Positions 17,185 through 28,301 of a stretch of 64,000 nucleotides of DNA are shown in pieces. The notes beneath the pieces were generated by a model, which saw only the letters and a program-made list of their open reading frames with translations, did no database searches and had not been told where the DNA came from. Within the stretch, counting starts at the first letter, position 1. Every line of letters starts with the position of its first letter. Both the position numbers and the translations under genes were made by a program. The stretch comes from Candidatus Pacearchaeota archaeon CG10_big_fil_rev_8_21_14_0_10_31_59 (GTDB taxonomy: Archaea; Nanobdellota; Nanobdellia; Pacearchaeales; CG1-02-31-27): positions 131,703 to 195,702 of the forward strand of contig PFCW01000002.1 in the NCBI GenBank assembly GCA_002763115.1, in the 5' to 3' direction.

Positions 17185-18387
17185 ATGGGGATAAAACTAG
17201 ATAATATATTTGATGCGTTTTCAAAAAATTTTATTTTTAGAAATAAGAATATACTACAATCTAATTACACCCCTGAAACTATTCTACACAGAGATGAACA
17301 AATCAAACAGGTTGCATCTATTCTTAGACCGGCTTTAAGATTAGAAAAGCCATCTAATTTATTTCTCTATGGATTAACCGGAACCGGAAAAACCTTGGTT
17401 GTTCAATATGTGCGAAACCAACTGCTTGAAAGGGCAGAAAAACAAAAACTGAATTTAAAAATAGAATATATCAACTGCAAATTAAAAAAAGTCGGAGATA
17501 CTGAATACAGGATATTAGCAGAACTTTTAAGAAAGTTTGGAGAAGATATTCCATTTACCGGGCTGCCAACAGGCCAGCTTTATCAAAAATTTACCGAGTT
17601 AATTGAAAATAAAACTCAACTTTTCATAATAATATTGGATGAAATAGACCAGGCTGTAAGGAGGATAGGGGATGGATTTTTATATACCCTAACAAGAATT
17701 AACTCAGAATTAAAAAATTCACAAATTTCACTTATAGGAATAAGCAACGATACCAAATTTATTGATCAGTTAGACCCAAGGATAAAATCCTCATTAAGCG
17801 AGGAAGAATTAATTTTTCCGCCATATAATGCCTTACAATTGAAAGATGTTTTAGCATCAAGGTCAAAAACAGCATTTAAGGAAGGGGTTATCGGGGAAGG
17901 GGTAATAAACAAATGTGCGGCTTATGCAGCATTATCCCACGGAGATGCGCGAAGAGCGTTAGATTTATTAAGAGTTTCCGGAGAATTGGCGGAAAGAAGA
18001 GGAGCCAAGGAAGTTACTGAAAAAGATTTGGATGAAGCAAAAGAAAAAATAGAAAAAGACAGAATACTTGATTTAATTAAAACACAACCAAAACAATTTC
18101 ATTTTGTTTTGTACTCAATACTCTTACTTGAAGAAAACAAAAAAAATAAAATTTTCACAGGCGATATTTACAGAACTTATGAAAAATTGTGTAAAAACAT
18201 GGTTATAGAATGCTTAACACAGAGAAGAGTTGGGGATATAATTGCAGAATTTGATATGGTTGGAATTGTTAATGCAAAAGTTATTTCAAAAGGCAGGGGT
18301 GGCAGAACTCGCGAAATAAAATTAGCCATTCCAGAGACCTTAATTCCGAAAGTAAAGGAGATATTAGAACAATCACTGAATATATAA
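17185..18387 (+). CDS. cdc6: Orc1/Cdc6 replication initiator
   Basis: GLTGTGKT, IILDEID, FPPYNALQL, GDARRALDLL, C-terminal wH with SKGRGGRTR. Confidence 0.95.
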   Translation: MGIKLDNIFDAFSKNFIFRNKNILQSNYTPETILHRDEQIKQVASILRPALRLEKPSNLFLYGLTGTGKTLVVQYVRNQLLERAEKQKLNLKIEYINCKLKKVGDTEYRILAELLRKFGEDIPFTGLPTGQLYQKFTELIENKTQLFIIILDEIDQAVRRIGDGFLYTLTRINSELKNSQISLIGISNDTKFIDQLDPRIKSSLSEEELIFPPYNALQLKDVLASRSKTAFKEGVIGEGVINKCAAYAALSHGDARRALDLLRVSGELAERRGAKEVTEKDLDEAKEKIEKDRILDLIKTQPKQFHFVLYSILLLEENKKNKIFTGDIYRTYEKLCKNMVIECLTQRRVGDIIAEFDMVGIVNAKVISKGRGGRTREIKLAIPETLIPKVKEILEQSLNI

Positions 18388-18414
18388 CTTTAAATTCAAA
18401 CATAGCAGAAAAAG

Positions 18415-20016
18415 ATGGTATTAAATTTAATACAAACTTTAATCAAAGAAGGATTTCTTATAGATTCTTCCCTGAAAGATTTTCTTTTGAAGATTCCAGA
18501 AGACTGTCTTGATACATTCAAAGAGATCTTATTCAGTTTAAATCCACCACAGTTGATATCCCGGACTTTTTTCCAAGAAAACTCAGAAAAATTTTCAACA
18601 TTATTTACAAATAAAATAATAAACTTTCCAGACTCGGAAAAAAAGAGGAATTTGGAGGCATTGAAAGAGCTTTTTTTATCATCTTTTATAAAAAAAGAAG
18701 TTTCTCCGAGCTTAAAAACCCCAAAGAAAAAAGAAAAATCAGTTAAGGAAAAAACAAATTCCCCAAGAAATAAATTAACTATCCTTTCTGCTCCCTGTAT
18801 TGACAACGAAAAAGAGATTGAAGTTGCAGATTTCGTAGCTTATTTTAGGGACAGATTAAAATATCTAAAAACTATTTTGGAAAATAACACCGAACTTGAA
18901 AATTTGACAACAATAAATAAAATCTCCTCGCAAAGACAAAATATCTCCATTATCGGCATGATTTATAGCATTAATCACACAAAAAATAAAAATATTCTTT
19001 TGGAAATAGAAGATTTAACTGGAAGAATAAGTGTTTTAATTCATCAATCAAAAGAAGAACTTTTTAACAAAACAAAATATTTGGTTCTTGACGAAGTTAT
19101 AGCAGTAAGGGGAAGCGGAAACTCCGAAATAATTTTTGCCAATGACGTCTTTTTTCCGGAAGTTATTAAACAAAAAAAATCTTTTATAGCTGAAGAGGAA
19201 ATTGCTTTATTTACGGGAGATTTGCATGTCGGATCCAATAATTTTTTAGAGGAAAATTTTACCAAATTTGTAAAATGGATTAATGGAGAGATTGGAAGTG
19301 AAAAACAGAGGGAATTTGCCAAATCAGTCAAATATCTTTTTATACTTGGGGATTTAATTTCGGGAATCGGGGTCTATCCGGGTCAGGAGGAAAATTTAGT
19401 CATAAAAGATATTAAAAATCAATTTATTAAATTTATAGAATTAATCTCAGATGTAAGGAAAGATGTTGATATAATAATTATCCCCGGAAATCATGATCCT
19501 GTCAGAATTGCAGAACCGCAACCACAATTTGAAGGAGATTACTCTAAAAAATTATATTTAATGGAGAATGTTTATGTTTTGCCAAATCCCTCTGTCGTTA
19601 ATATAGGAATTTCTCCAGAAACACAGGGGGTTAATATTCTTCTTTATCATGGATATTCATTTGATTATTACCACCTAAACATAGATTATTTAAGGTTAAA
19701 CAGAGCAAACGAAAGACCGGAATTTATACACAGATTATTGTTACAGAAAAGACATTTAGCACCAAGTCATTCCTCTACTTTATATATTCCGAATGAAAAA
19801 GACAATCATCTTATCAGAATTATCCCGGATATTTTTGCCACAGGACATTTACACACGAGTTCTGTTGCAAACATAAATAACATTTTATGCATATCAGCAT
19901 CTTGCTGGGAATCAAGAACAGATTTCCAGGAAAAAGTAGGGCATATGCCGGACCCATGTAAAGTTCCAGCCGTGAATTTAAAAACAGGAAAAGTAAAAAT
20001 TTTGGATTTCAGCTAA
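18415..20016 (+). CDS. polB: DNA polymerase D small (proofreading) subunit DP1
   Basis: OB fold (IEDLTG), GDLHVGS, GDLISGIGVYPGQ, PGNHD, YHG, RHLAP, GHLH. Confidence 0.93.
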   Translation: MVLNLIQTLIKEGFLIDSSLKDFLLKIPEDCLDTFKEILFSLNPPQLISRTFFQENSEKFSTLFTNKIINFPDSEKKRNLEALKELFLSSFIKKEVSPSLKTPKKKEKSVKEKTNSPRNKLTILSAPCIDNEKEIEVADFVAYFRDRLKYLKTILENNTELENLTTINKISSQRQNISIIGMIYSINHTKNKNILLEIEDLTGRISVLIHQSKEELFNKTKYLVLDEVIAVRGSGNSEIIFANDVFFPEVIKQKKSFIAEEEIALFTGDLHVGSNNFLEENFTKFVKWINGEIGSEKQREFAKSVKYLFILGDLISGIGVYPGQEENLVIKDIKNQFIKFIELISDVRKDVDIIIIPGNHDPVRIAEPQPQFEGDYSKKLYLMENVYVLPNPSVVNIGISPETQGVNILLYHGYSFDYYHLNIDYLRLNRANERPEFIHRLLLQKRHLAPSHSSTLYIPNEKDNHLIRIIPDIFATGHLHTSSVANINNILCISASCWESRTDFQEKVGHMPDPCKVPAVNLKTGKVKILDFS

Positions 20017-20017
20017 A

Positions 20018-20584
20018 ATGATTACAGAACAGATAAAAAAATTTGTTGAAGAAGAATGCAACAAACCAACATCCAAATACGGGTACAGGGCTTTTATTTA
20101 TCATGTTCTACCTGTGCGTAATTATGCTCTTACTCTCGGAAAAAAACTCATCGAAGAAGGAAAAAAAGTAGACATGGAAATTGTTGAATTGGCAGCATGG
20201 TTGCATGACATTGGTTCAGTAATGCATAGAAGAAAGGATCATCATATAACTGGTGCAAGAATAACCGGAGAAAAATTGGCTGAGTTAAATTATCCAGCAG
20301 AAAAAATAAAAAAAGTTCAGCATTGTATTTTTTCCCACAGAGGCTCTCAAAAAATAAAAAGAGAAACAATTGAAGCGCAAATAATTGCAGATGCAGATTC
20401 CATGTCTCATTTTGATGACATTCCCGGATTATTTATTTCAACATTTATTTATGAAAAATTAAGCGAGGGTGAATCACGAAAATCTGTAGTTAACAAATTA
20501 GAAAATTCATGGAAAAAAATCTCGCCGAAAGCCAGAAAAATTGTTAAACAAAAATATGAAGCAGCTATGCTATTGCTAAAATGA
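20018..20584 (+). CDS. HD-domain phosphohydrolase between DP1 and DP2
   Basis: H...LAAWLHDIG...HH...SH...DAD; ATGA overlap with DP2. Confidence 0.85.
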   Translation: MITEQIKKFVEEECNKPTSKYGYRAFIYHVLPVRNYALTLGKKLIEEGKKVDMEIVELAAWLHDIGSVMHRRKDHHITGARITGEKLAELNYPAEKIKKVQHCIFSHRGSQKIKRETIEAQIIADADSMSHFDDIPGLFISTFIYEKLSEGESRKSVVNKLENSWKKISPKARKIVKQKYEAAMLLLK

Positions 20585-23500
20585 ATTTACCAGAATATTT
20601 CAAAAATTTGGAAGAAGATGTTCATAAAATTTATGATTTAGCTGCAGAAGCAAGAAAAAAAGGTCTGGATCCGGTTTCAGATGTTGAAATTTCCCTAGCA
20701 TCTTCCTTGGCAGAAAGGGCGATTGGAGTTGTTGAGACAAAATACCCACAATTAAAAAATGAAAAAATTATTAACAGAATAAAAGATTTGGAAAAAGAAT
20801 TTGGTTTGTTAGATCCAGTCGTTTGTCTGACAATTGCAGAAGAAGTTGCAAAAGAAAAATTCTGCAAGTTTAGAGATCTATTGGAAGGGATTGATGCTGG
20901 TATGCGTGTAGGGATGGCTTATTGGACTTTGGGAGTTGTTTCCTCGCCATTGGAGGGGTATACTAATTTTACCCTGAAAAAAACAAAAGATGGAAAAGAT
21001 TTTTTTTCAGTTTATTACTCCGGTCCGATCAGAAGTGCAGGAGCTACGGGAGCAGCTTTCTCTTTGATAATAATAGATTATCTGAGAAAACTTTTTGGGT
21101 TTGCAAAATATGATCCAACAGAAGAAGAGGTGAAGAGAGCTTCTACAGAACTATATGATTATCATGAAAGAATAACTAATTTACAGTATCTTCCGCCTCC
21201 GGAAGAGATAGAATTCATGATGAAACATCTCCCGATTATGCCAAATGGAGACCCGAGCGAAGACAAGGAAATATCCAATTATAAGGATTTGCCAAGGATT
21301 GAAACTAACACGATTCGATCAGGTTTCTGCTTGATTCTTGGGGAAGGAATATGTCAGAAAGCACCGAAAATTTCAAGAATCTTAAATAAATTAAAACAAA
21401 AAGGTTTTGAATTTGAAGACTGGAATTTTTTAGAAGATTTTATTCTGCTACAAAAAAAACTAAAAGAAAAAAAAGAAACAGGAAGTTCCAAGGGAGGAGC
21501 TGTTTACATAAAAGATTTGGTAGCTGGAAGACCTGTTTTAGGGCATCCCTCGAGGAGCGGCTCATTCAGATTAAGATATGGTAGAAGCAGATTTAGTGGT
21601 TATTCTGCATTGTCCATACATCCTGCAACCATGATAATTTTAAATAAATTTTTAGCAATAGGAACACAAATCAAAATAGAAAAGCCAACAAAAGGCAGCG
21701 CATTGACTTCTTGCGACAGTATCGACGGACCGATAATCAAGCTAAAAGATGGAAGCGTCAGAAAAATAGACAGTGTTGAAGATGCTGAAAAATATTTTAA
21801 CGAGGTAAAAGAAATAATCTATTGCGGGGATTTGTTGGTTCCTTACGGTGATTTTGCAAACAGAAATCATGTTTTGGAAAAGCCAGGTTATGTTGAAGAA
21901 TACTGGTATCAACATTTAAAACAAAAAAACAGCGATTTGAAATTAAACTTTAGAAAGGTTTCACTGGAAGAAGCAAAAAATTTATCTGAAACTTATAAAA
22001 TACCTTTACATCCCAATTTTATATTTTACTGGTCACAAATAAATAAAAATGATCTGGATAGACTTCTTGACTGGATAAAAACTGCCAAATTAGATGAGGA
22101 AAAATTAATCTTAAATTATCAGAAATCAGAATATGAAAAATTAAAAGAGGCAAAAAGAGCTCTTGAAGTGCTGGGTGTTCCGCATTTAGTCACAACAGAA
22201 AATGTTGTTATTGAAAAACCATATTCATCAGCTTTATTGTTAAATTTAAACTTAAATTCATTTGCCGATATCGGAAAAATTAAAGAAAAACTGAATTCTT
22301 TTGAAGGAAATGTTTTACAATTTATAAATTCTAAAGAATTTCTTGGATTTGAAATTAGGGATAAGGCCGGAACTTTTATAGGTGCAAGGATGGGAAGGCC
22401 GGAAAAAGCAAAATTAAGGAAATTAACTGGCAGCCCGAATGTTTTATTTCCTGTTGGGGAGCAAGGGGGTAAGATGAGATCTCTGCAAAAAGCACTTGAA
22501 GATGGTTATGTCAAGGCAGATTTTCCCTTATTTTTTTGTGAAAAATGCAACAAGGAAACGATTTATTTTATCTGTGAAGATTGTAAAAGTGAAACCAAAA
22601 AAATTTATTATTGTTCAAATTGCGGCAGAAATTTTTCGAGCGATAACTGTCCAATTCACGGGAAGGCCGCCAGTTTTACAAAAAAAAGAATAAACATAGC
22701 CCATTATTTCGAAGCTGCAAGAACTCAGCTTAATTTAAGCAGGGAAGAAACACCTGTTTTAATCAAAGGGGTAAAAGGAATCTCATCGGTTGATCATATC
22801 CCCGAACATTTATCAAAAGGAATTTTAAGATCCATGTTCAATTTGCACGTCAATAAAGACGGTACGATAAGGTATGATGCAACAGAATTACCGATTACAC
22901 ATTTTAAACCAAAAGAGATAGGAACCTCTATAGAAAAATTGAAACAACTTGGTTATTTAAGGGATATTGAAAATAAACCTTTGGAAAATGGGGAACAGAT
23001 TTTAGAGATTAAACCACATGACGTTTTATTGCCTTCATGCCCAAACAGTTTAGATGAACCTGCAGATAAAGTATTTCTTAATATTGCGAATTTTATAGAT
23101 AATTTATTAGTCAGATTTTATAATTTGAAACCGTTTTTTAATGCAACAAAAAAAGAAGATTTGATAGGGCACTTGGTTTTATGCATAGCCCCACACAATG
23201 TAGCAGGTGTAGTCGGAAGAATCATAGGTTTTTCAAAAATTCAGGCCATGGTAGCTTCTCCATACATGCATGCGGCAATGAGGAGGGACTGTGATGGTGA
23301 TGAGGCAGCATTCATTTTATTGATGGACGCTTTGCTTAATTTCTCAAAAAAATATCTTCCAGGTTATAGAGGTGCAACACAAGATGCTCCATTAGTTTTG
23401 AACATAAGAATTCGGCCGGGAGAAGTTGATGACATGATATTTGATATGGATGTTATGACTGAATATCCTCTGGAATTATACGAAGCTGCAGAACAGGGAA

Positions 23501-24042
23501 AGATGCCGGATGAAATTAAAATTGAGCAAATAAAACATCGCTTGGGGGATGAGATAGCACCATTCAGAAATTTTGGTTTTACCCATAGTATTGAAAATAT
23601 TAATTCCGGAGTTTTATGCTCCGCATATAAAACTTTGGCAAACATGCAGCAAAAAGTTGAAAAGCAGATGGATTTGGCGACAAAAATAAGGGCTGTTGAT
23701 GAGAGCGATGTTGCACGGTTAGTTATTGAAAGACATTTTATAAGGGATATAAGGGGAAATTTAAGAAAATTCTTTATGCAGGGCTTCAGATGTGTTGATT
23801 GTAATGAGAAATTCAGAAGACCGCCATTAATCGGGAACTGTACAAAATGCAATGGAAAAATAATCTTTACAATAAACAAAGGAGGGATTGTAAAATATCT
23901 TCAGCCAGCATTAGACTTGGCAGAAAATTTTAATGTATCTTCATATATAAAAGAATCACTGGAATTAACAAAAAATTATGTTGAATCTGTCTTCGGCAAA
24001 GAGAAAGAAAGGCAGGAAGATTTGAAGAAGTGGTTTTCATAA
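20581..24042 (+). CDS. polC: DNA polymerase D large subunit DP2
   Basis: YSGPIRSAG, FRLRYGRSR, RMGRPEKAK, Zn fingers, catalytic RRDCDGDE, C-terminal PIP-like QEDLKKWF. Confidence 0.95.
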   Translation: MNLPEYFKNLEEDVHKIYDLAAEARKKGLDPVSDVEISLASSLAERAIGVVETKYPQLKNEKIINRIKDLEKEFGLLDPVVCLTIAEEVAKEKFCKFRDLLEGIDAGMRVGMAYWTLGVVSSPLEGYTNFTLKKTKDGKDFFSVYYSGPIRSAGATGAAFSLIIIDYLRKLFGFAKYDPTEEEVKRASTELYDYHERITNLQYLPPPEEIEFMMKHLPIMPNGDPSEDKEISNYKDLPRIETNTIRSGFCLILGEGICQKAPKISRILNKLKQKGFEFEDWNFLEDFILLQKKLKEKKETGSSKGGAVYIKDLVAGRPVLGHPSRSGSFRLRYGRSRFSGYSALSIHPATMIILNKFLAIGTQIKIEKPTKGSALTSCDSIDGPIIKLKDGSVRKIDSVEDAEKYFNEVKEIIYCGDLLVPYGDFANRNHVLEKPGYVEEYWYQHLKQKNSDLKLNFRKVSLEEAKNLSETYKIPLHPNFIFYWSQINKNDLDRLLDWIKTAKLDEEKLILNYQKSEYEKLKEAKRALEVLGVPHLVTTENVVIEKPYSSALLLNLNLNSFADIGKIKEKLNSFEGNVLQFINSKEFLGFEIRDKAGTFIGARMGRPEKAKLRKLTGSPNVLFPVGEQGGKMRSLQKALEDGYVKADFPLFFCEKCNKETIYFICEDCKSETKKIYYCSNCGRNFSSDNCPIHGKAASFTKKRINIAHYFEAARTQLNLSREETPVLIKGVKGISSVDHIPEHLSKGILRSMFNLHVNKDGTIRYDATELPITHFKPKEIGTSIEKLKQLGYLRDIENKPLENGEQILEIKPHDVLLPSCPNSLDEPADKVFLNIANFIDNLLVRFYNLKPFFNATKKEDLIGHLVLCIAPHNVAGVVGRIIGFSKIQAMVASPYMHAAMRRDCDGDEAAFILLMDALLNFSKKYLPGYRGATQDAPLVLNIRIRPGEVDDMIFDMDVMTEYPLELYEAAEQGKMPDEIKIEQIKHRLGDEIAPFRNFGFTHSIENINSGVLCSAYKTLANMQQKVEKQMDLATKIRAVDESDVARLVIERHFIRDIRGNLRKFFMQGFRCVDCNEKFRRPPLIGNCTKCNGKIIFTINKGGIVKYLQPALDLAENFNVSSYIKESLELTKNYVESVFGKEKERQEDLKKWFS

Positions 24043-24489
24043 AGTAGTTATAGCTCTGCTCTGCAAAATGTAAATTTTTTGTCCAGCAATAGCCCATTCA
24101 ATATCCTGCGGTTTTTTATAATGTTTTTCTATCGCAATACCTAACTTTCCCAATTCAATAACTTCTTTTTCAGTTAAACATTCAGAGTTTGCTTTTTTAT
24201 TGTCAAGTTTTATTGTTTTATTTTTTCCGTTACAATCTCTTATTATGGCAATTCTTTTTTCATTGATACTTTTTGAAATTATTTTTAATTTATTTTTGTC
24301 TAGAATATAATTGTCCAGATTTACTTGTCCAGAAACAACACTTTCACCCAAACCGAAACTTCCTTCAATTATTATCTCATTTTTATTTTTGTTTACGGGA
24401 TTTACTGTAAACATAACTCCGGCTTTTTCAGAGTTTACCATTTCCTGGCCAACAACACAGATAAGAACCTTTTCATATTCAAATTTCAA
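24037..24489 (-). pseudogene. 3' remnant of a PEP synthase/PPDK nucleotide-binding domain gene
   Basis: VVGQEMV...AGVMFTVNP...GLGESVVSG...PQDIEWA...ILQSRAIT; the N-terminal half of the ATP-grasp domain is missing; no ATG or promoter. Confidence 0.75.
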
Positions 24490-24590
24490 TTATCGGTGAA
24501 GACGAATTAGTTATAGAAATTGAAGACGAGAGAGTTGCTCAAGGTTATCAACATTTTTTTAATCTTTTGTGGAAACAAGCAAAACCTTAA
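24483..24590 (+). pseudogene. 3' remnant resembling the C-terminus of a TrmB-like regulator
   Basis: ISIIGEDELVIEIEDERVAQGYQHFFNLLWKQAKP*; no start codon; abuts the PEP-synthase remnant back to back. Confidence 0.55.
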
Positions 24591-25564
24591 TCAAACAATT
24601 TTTCAATATCTTTTATTTCTTCGAGAAGACGGGCTTCCTCTTTTTCAACAACTTTTGAAGCGACATAAGAAGCTATTTTTCCAGATGTTTTAATATTCAA
24701 GCCATTGACTATTCCATGCAAAAATCCTGCCGCATAAGCATCACCTGCGCCGTTTGTGTTTATGACATCAACCTTGTTTATAGGAATTTTATAAATTTTA
24801 TCCTTGTGTTTTATCAAACTGCCTTTTTCCCCGAGTTTTACAACAGCAATTTCGCAATTATAATCATCACAAATTTTATTTAATGCCTCCTCTGCTTTTA
24901 GATTTGTCAAAGCAAATGCCTCGTCTTCATTTACGAATATTATATCTGCATGTTCCTTGACTATGTCTTTTAAAACTTCCAAATTTCTCAAGATTAAATT
25001 CGCATCAGATAAATCCAAGGAAATTTTTGTATTATTCTCTTTTGCAATTTTTATAGCATGCAAGACAGCTTCCCTTAATAACGGTTCTTCCAAAACATAA
25101 CCTTCTGTATGGAATATCTTTCCTTTTTTAATTTCATCTTCAAGAATATCTTCTTTTCTAAGGTGCAGAGATGAACCAAGATAAGTTGCAAAAGTTCTTT
25201 CTTTATCTGGAGTTATAAAAGTAATTGCAAAGCCAGTTGTTTCATGTCTGCTTAATTTTGGGATTGTACTTTCTTTCGAAGTTATTTCCTCGTAAATTTT
25301 TCCATGTTCATCATTCCCAACTTTTCCAATTAATAAAGTTTTATTTCCCAATCTGGCCAATCCAGATAATGTATTTGCAGCACTTCCGCCAGCATGAATT
25401 TTTATTTTCCTGCCTTTTATTTTTTCAAGAATTTCCTTTCCTTTTTCTTCGTCAACAAGATGCGTTTTTCCTTTTTCTAATTGTAGTTCAGCTAGAAACC
25501 AATCATCAACTTCAACTATAAAATCTAAAAGAATATTTCCAATTCCGACAACATCATATTCCAT
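24587..25564 (-). CDS. PfkB-family adenosine kinase
   Basis: Start re-called at MEYDVVGIGN (25564); GGSAANT, NEDEA, NTNGAGDAYAAG; directly follows ahcY. Confidence 0.88.
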   Translation of the reverse strand: MEYDVVGIGNILLDFIVEVDDWFLAELQLEKGKTHLVDEEKGKEILEKIKGRKIKIHAGGSAANTLSGLARLGNKTLLIGKVGNDEHGKIYEEITSKESTIPKLSRHETTGFAITFITPDKERTFATYLGSSLHLRKEDILEDEIKKGKIFHTEGYVLEEPLLREAVLHAIKIAKENNTKISLDLSDANLILRNLEVLKDIVKEHADIIFVNEDEAFALTNLKAEEALNKICDDYNCEIAVVKLGEKGSLIKHKDKIYKIPINKVDVINTNGAGDAYAAGFLHGIVNGLNIKTSGKIASYVASKVVEKEEARLLEEIKDIEKLFD

Positions 25565-25565
25565 T

Positions 25566-26963
25566 TTAATATCTGTAATGGTCTGGTTTGTAAGGACCAT
25601 CAACATCAACATCAATATACTCTGCCTGTTCTTTGGTTAATTTTGTTAAATTAACATTTAATTTTTCCAAATGCAACCTGGCAACCTCTTCATCTAATTT
25701 TTTTGGTAGAGTATAAACACCAATTTCATAATTATTTTTCCATAAGTCAATCTGGGCTAAAATCTGATTTGTGAAAGAACTGCTCATTACAAAAGAAGGA
25801 TGTCCGTTTGCATTTCCCAAATTGACAAGTCTTCCTTCAGATAATAAAATTATTGAATGTCCGTCGGGGAAAATGTATTTATCAACCTGCGGTTTTATAT
25901 TTATTTTTTTAATTCCCAGATATTTCTCAAGTTTTTCAACCTGGATTTCATTGTCAAAATGTCCGATGTTACAAACTATTGAATTGTCCTTCATTTTTTC
26001 CATATGCTCAATTCTGATTATATTCTTATTTCCAGTTGCTGTTACAAAAATATCTGCCTCTTTTAAAACATCTTCAATAGTTTTAACTTCATAGCCCTCC
26101 ATTGCAGCTTGTAAAGCGCAAATCGGGTCTATTTCAGTCACGATAACTCTTGCACCAAATCCCCTCATTGACTGGCAGCAACCTTTTCCAACATCACCAT
26201 AACCACACACAACAACAACTTTTCCCGCAATCATTATACTTGTCGCTCTTTTTATCCCATCAACCAAACTTTCACGACAACCATACAGATTATCGAATTT
26301 GGATTTTGTAACAGAATCATTGACATTTATTGCTGGAAATAATAATTTTTTTTCTTTCATCATTTTATACAACCTGTTTACTCCGGTTGTTGTTTCTTCA
26401 GAAATTCCCCTTATTTTTGAAGCTATTTTTATCCATTTGTCTTTTTCCTTAGAATAAATCTCTTTTAATCTTAACATCAATTCATGATAATCTTCTCCCT
26501 CGTTGCTGTAATTTTCATTTAATAATTCCGGATTTTTTTCGATTTCAACACCTTTATGAACCATCAAAGTTGCATCACCACCGTCGTCAATGATTAAATC
26601 AGGACCTCCATCTGGAAAAGTTAAAGCTTGCTCAGCACACCACCAATATTCTTTTAATGTTTCACCTTTCCACGCGAAAACAGGGATTCCTTTTGAAGCT
26701 ATTGCAGCAGCAGCATGGTCCTGTGTTGAGAAAATATTGCAAGAACACCATCGGACATCTGCACCAAGCTTGACTAAAATTTCTATTAAAACAGCGGTTT
26801 GTATAGTCATATGCAAACTGCCGGTAATTTTGGCTCCTTTCAACGGTTTTTCATTTTCATATTTTTTTCTCAGAGCCATCAAACCAGGCATTTCTTTTTC
26901 AGCTATCTCTATTTCTTTTCTTCCGAATTCCGCCAAATTTATATCTTTTATTTTATAATCCAT
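25566..26963 (-). CDS. ahcY: S-adenosylhomocysteine hydrolase
   Basis: [62 protein letters not shown]. Confidence 0.98.
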   Translation of the reverse strand: MDYKIKDINLAEFGRKEIEIAEKEMPGLMALRKKYENEKPLKGAKITGSLHMTIQTAVLIEILVKLGADVRWCSCNIFSTQDHAAAAIASKGIPVFAWKGETLKEYWWCAEQALTFPDGGPDLIIDDGGDATLMVHKGVEIEKNPELLNENYSNEGEDYHELMLRLKEIYSKEKDKWIKIASKIRGISEETTTGVNRLYKMMKEKKLLFPAINVNDSVTKSKFDNLYGCRESLVDGIKRATSIMIAGKVVVVCGYGDVGKGCCQSMRGFGARVIVTEIDPICALQAAMEGYEVKTIEDVLKEADIFVTATGNKNIIRIEHMEKMKDNSIVCNIGHFDNEIQVEKLEKYLGIKKINIKPQVDKYIFPDGHSIILLSEGRLVNLGNANGHPSFVMSSSFTNQILAQIDLWKNNYEIGVYTLPKKLDEEVARLHLEKLNVNLTKLTKEQAEYIDVDVDGPYKPDHYRY

Positions 26964-28269
26964 TTTTTCTTTCTTCTTCGTATTTTTTTAGAAGTTCAGC
27001 AAACAAGAAAGGAACAAATGTCATCTTATTAAAATTTTCTATGTATGCTATCCTCATCTGCGTTCTTCCGGGATTTTCTTCAGAATTTTTTACGCTATAA
27101 AATCCTTCCATCGGAGCAACCAATAGAGTATATTCTTCTCCTCTATACTTTATTTTTCCTTTTGAAGCGCAATACAAAACAAAATCTTTTGCGCTAAAAT
27201 CTTTTTTTACGATATTTCTTACATCTATAACAGAATAAATTGATGCTTCCGGAAGAGAAACAATAATTCCGGGAAGAGATTTGACCAATTCATCTCTAAT
27301 TTTAGTTATCATTTTTTTATAATATTTTGATTGTTTCTTATACCATTTTCTAAGTTTTTTTGGACTTTCATTTGCCAAAGAACCAAAAATATACTGACCG
27401 ATTATATTGGCACATAAACTTGCTGTGCTTTCTGCTACAGATTTTTCATGAAATTCTTTGTTGTCTGTAATTAAAGCTCCAATTCTTAAACCACAGGCAT
27501 TCCAGACTTTGGATGAAGTTTCAATAGAAATCCTTCTTCCTTCAATTCTCGGAACTTTTTCATTGGTTATTCCCCACACACTGGAAATTTTTTCATTTCC
27601 GTAATATAATTCACGATAAGCTTCATCACTTATCATCCATAAATTATACTTAACACATAATTTTGCTAATTCATTCAAAATTTCTTGATTAAAAAACTGT
27701 CCTGTTGGATTATCATAAGGGATAACAACCAATGCAGCAGGTTTTTCTCTTTTTATAACATCTTCAATTTCAGAAATCTTAGGCAGAGAAAATTTTCCGT
27801 TTTCTTCCAACTTTCTTTTTATGGAAATTGTTTTAACTCTCAATCTTTCTGCGAATGATTTATAATTAGGATAGGCAGGATCTATTAACAACAAGGGCTT
27901 TTTTTCAGTTGAACCGCTTCCGCAAGTTCCCAATATAACTAATTCCATTGCAAATGAACCACCGTCTGTAATCTGGCTGTATAAATTTTTTACATCGAAT
28001 CCGCTTGACGCAATTATATTCAAAAAAGCTTGGTTTGTTTCTTCCAGACCTTTTGTTATTGAGTATTCTACAACTCCTTTTTTGAAAAGAGAGTTTTTTG
28101 AAAAATTTTTCATTCTCTTTTTCATTAAAGGATGCATAGGCAAAGAAACATTTCCAATTGCAACATTAATATCTTTAACCTTATCCTTTCTTTTCAAAAA
28201 TTCAATCTGAGCTAATCTTATGGGTGATGGTAATCTTTTTTTAAAATGCTCTGAAATAACAGCTTCCAT
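26953..28269 (-). CDS. Class I/II PLP-dependent aminotransferase
   Basis: [33 protein letters not shown]. Confidence 0.9.
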   Translation of the reverse strand: MEAVISEHFKKRLPSPIRLAQIEFLKRKDKVKDINVAIGNVSLPMHPLMKKRMKNFSKNSLFKKGVVEYSITKGLEETNQAFLNIIASSGFDVKNLYSQITDGGSFAMELVILGTCGSGSTEKKPLLLIDPAYPNYKSFAERLRVKTISIKRKLEENGKFSLPKISEIEDVIKREKPAALVVIPYDNPTGQFFNQEILNELAKLCVKYNLWMISDEAYRELYYGNEKISSVWGITNEKVPRIEGRRISIETSSKVWNACGLRIGALITDNKEFHEKSVAESTASLCANIIGQYIFGSLANESPKKLRKWYKKQSKYYKKMITKIRDELVKSLPGIIVSLPEASIYSVIDVRNIVKKDFSAKDFVLYCASKGKIKYRGEEYTLLVAPMEGFYSVKNSEENPGRTQMRIAYIENFNKMTFVPFLFAELLKKYEEERKNGL

Positions 28270-28301
28270 ATTAAGATTTCTCCTTACTTGTTTTTAAATT
28301 T

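Noticed and set aside
10334..24042. Inteins in Lhr, LonB, Cdc6 or DP2
   Set aside because: Protein lengths are normal and no intein-like C...HN insertion interrupts the conserved motifs.
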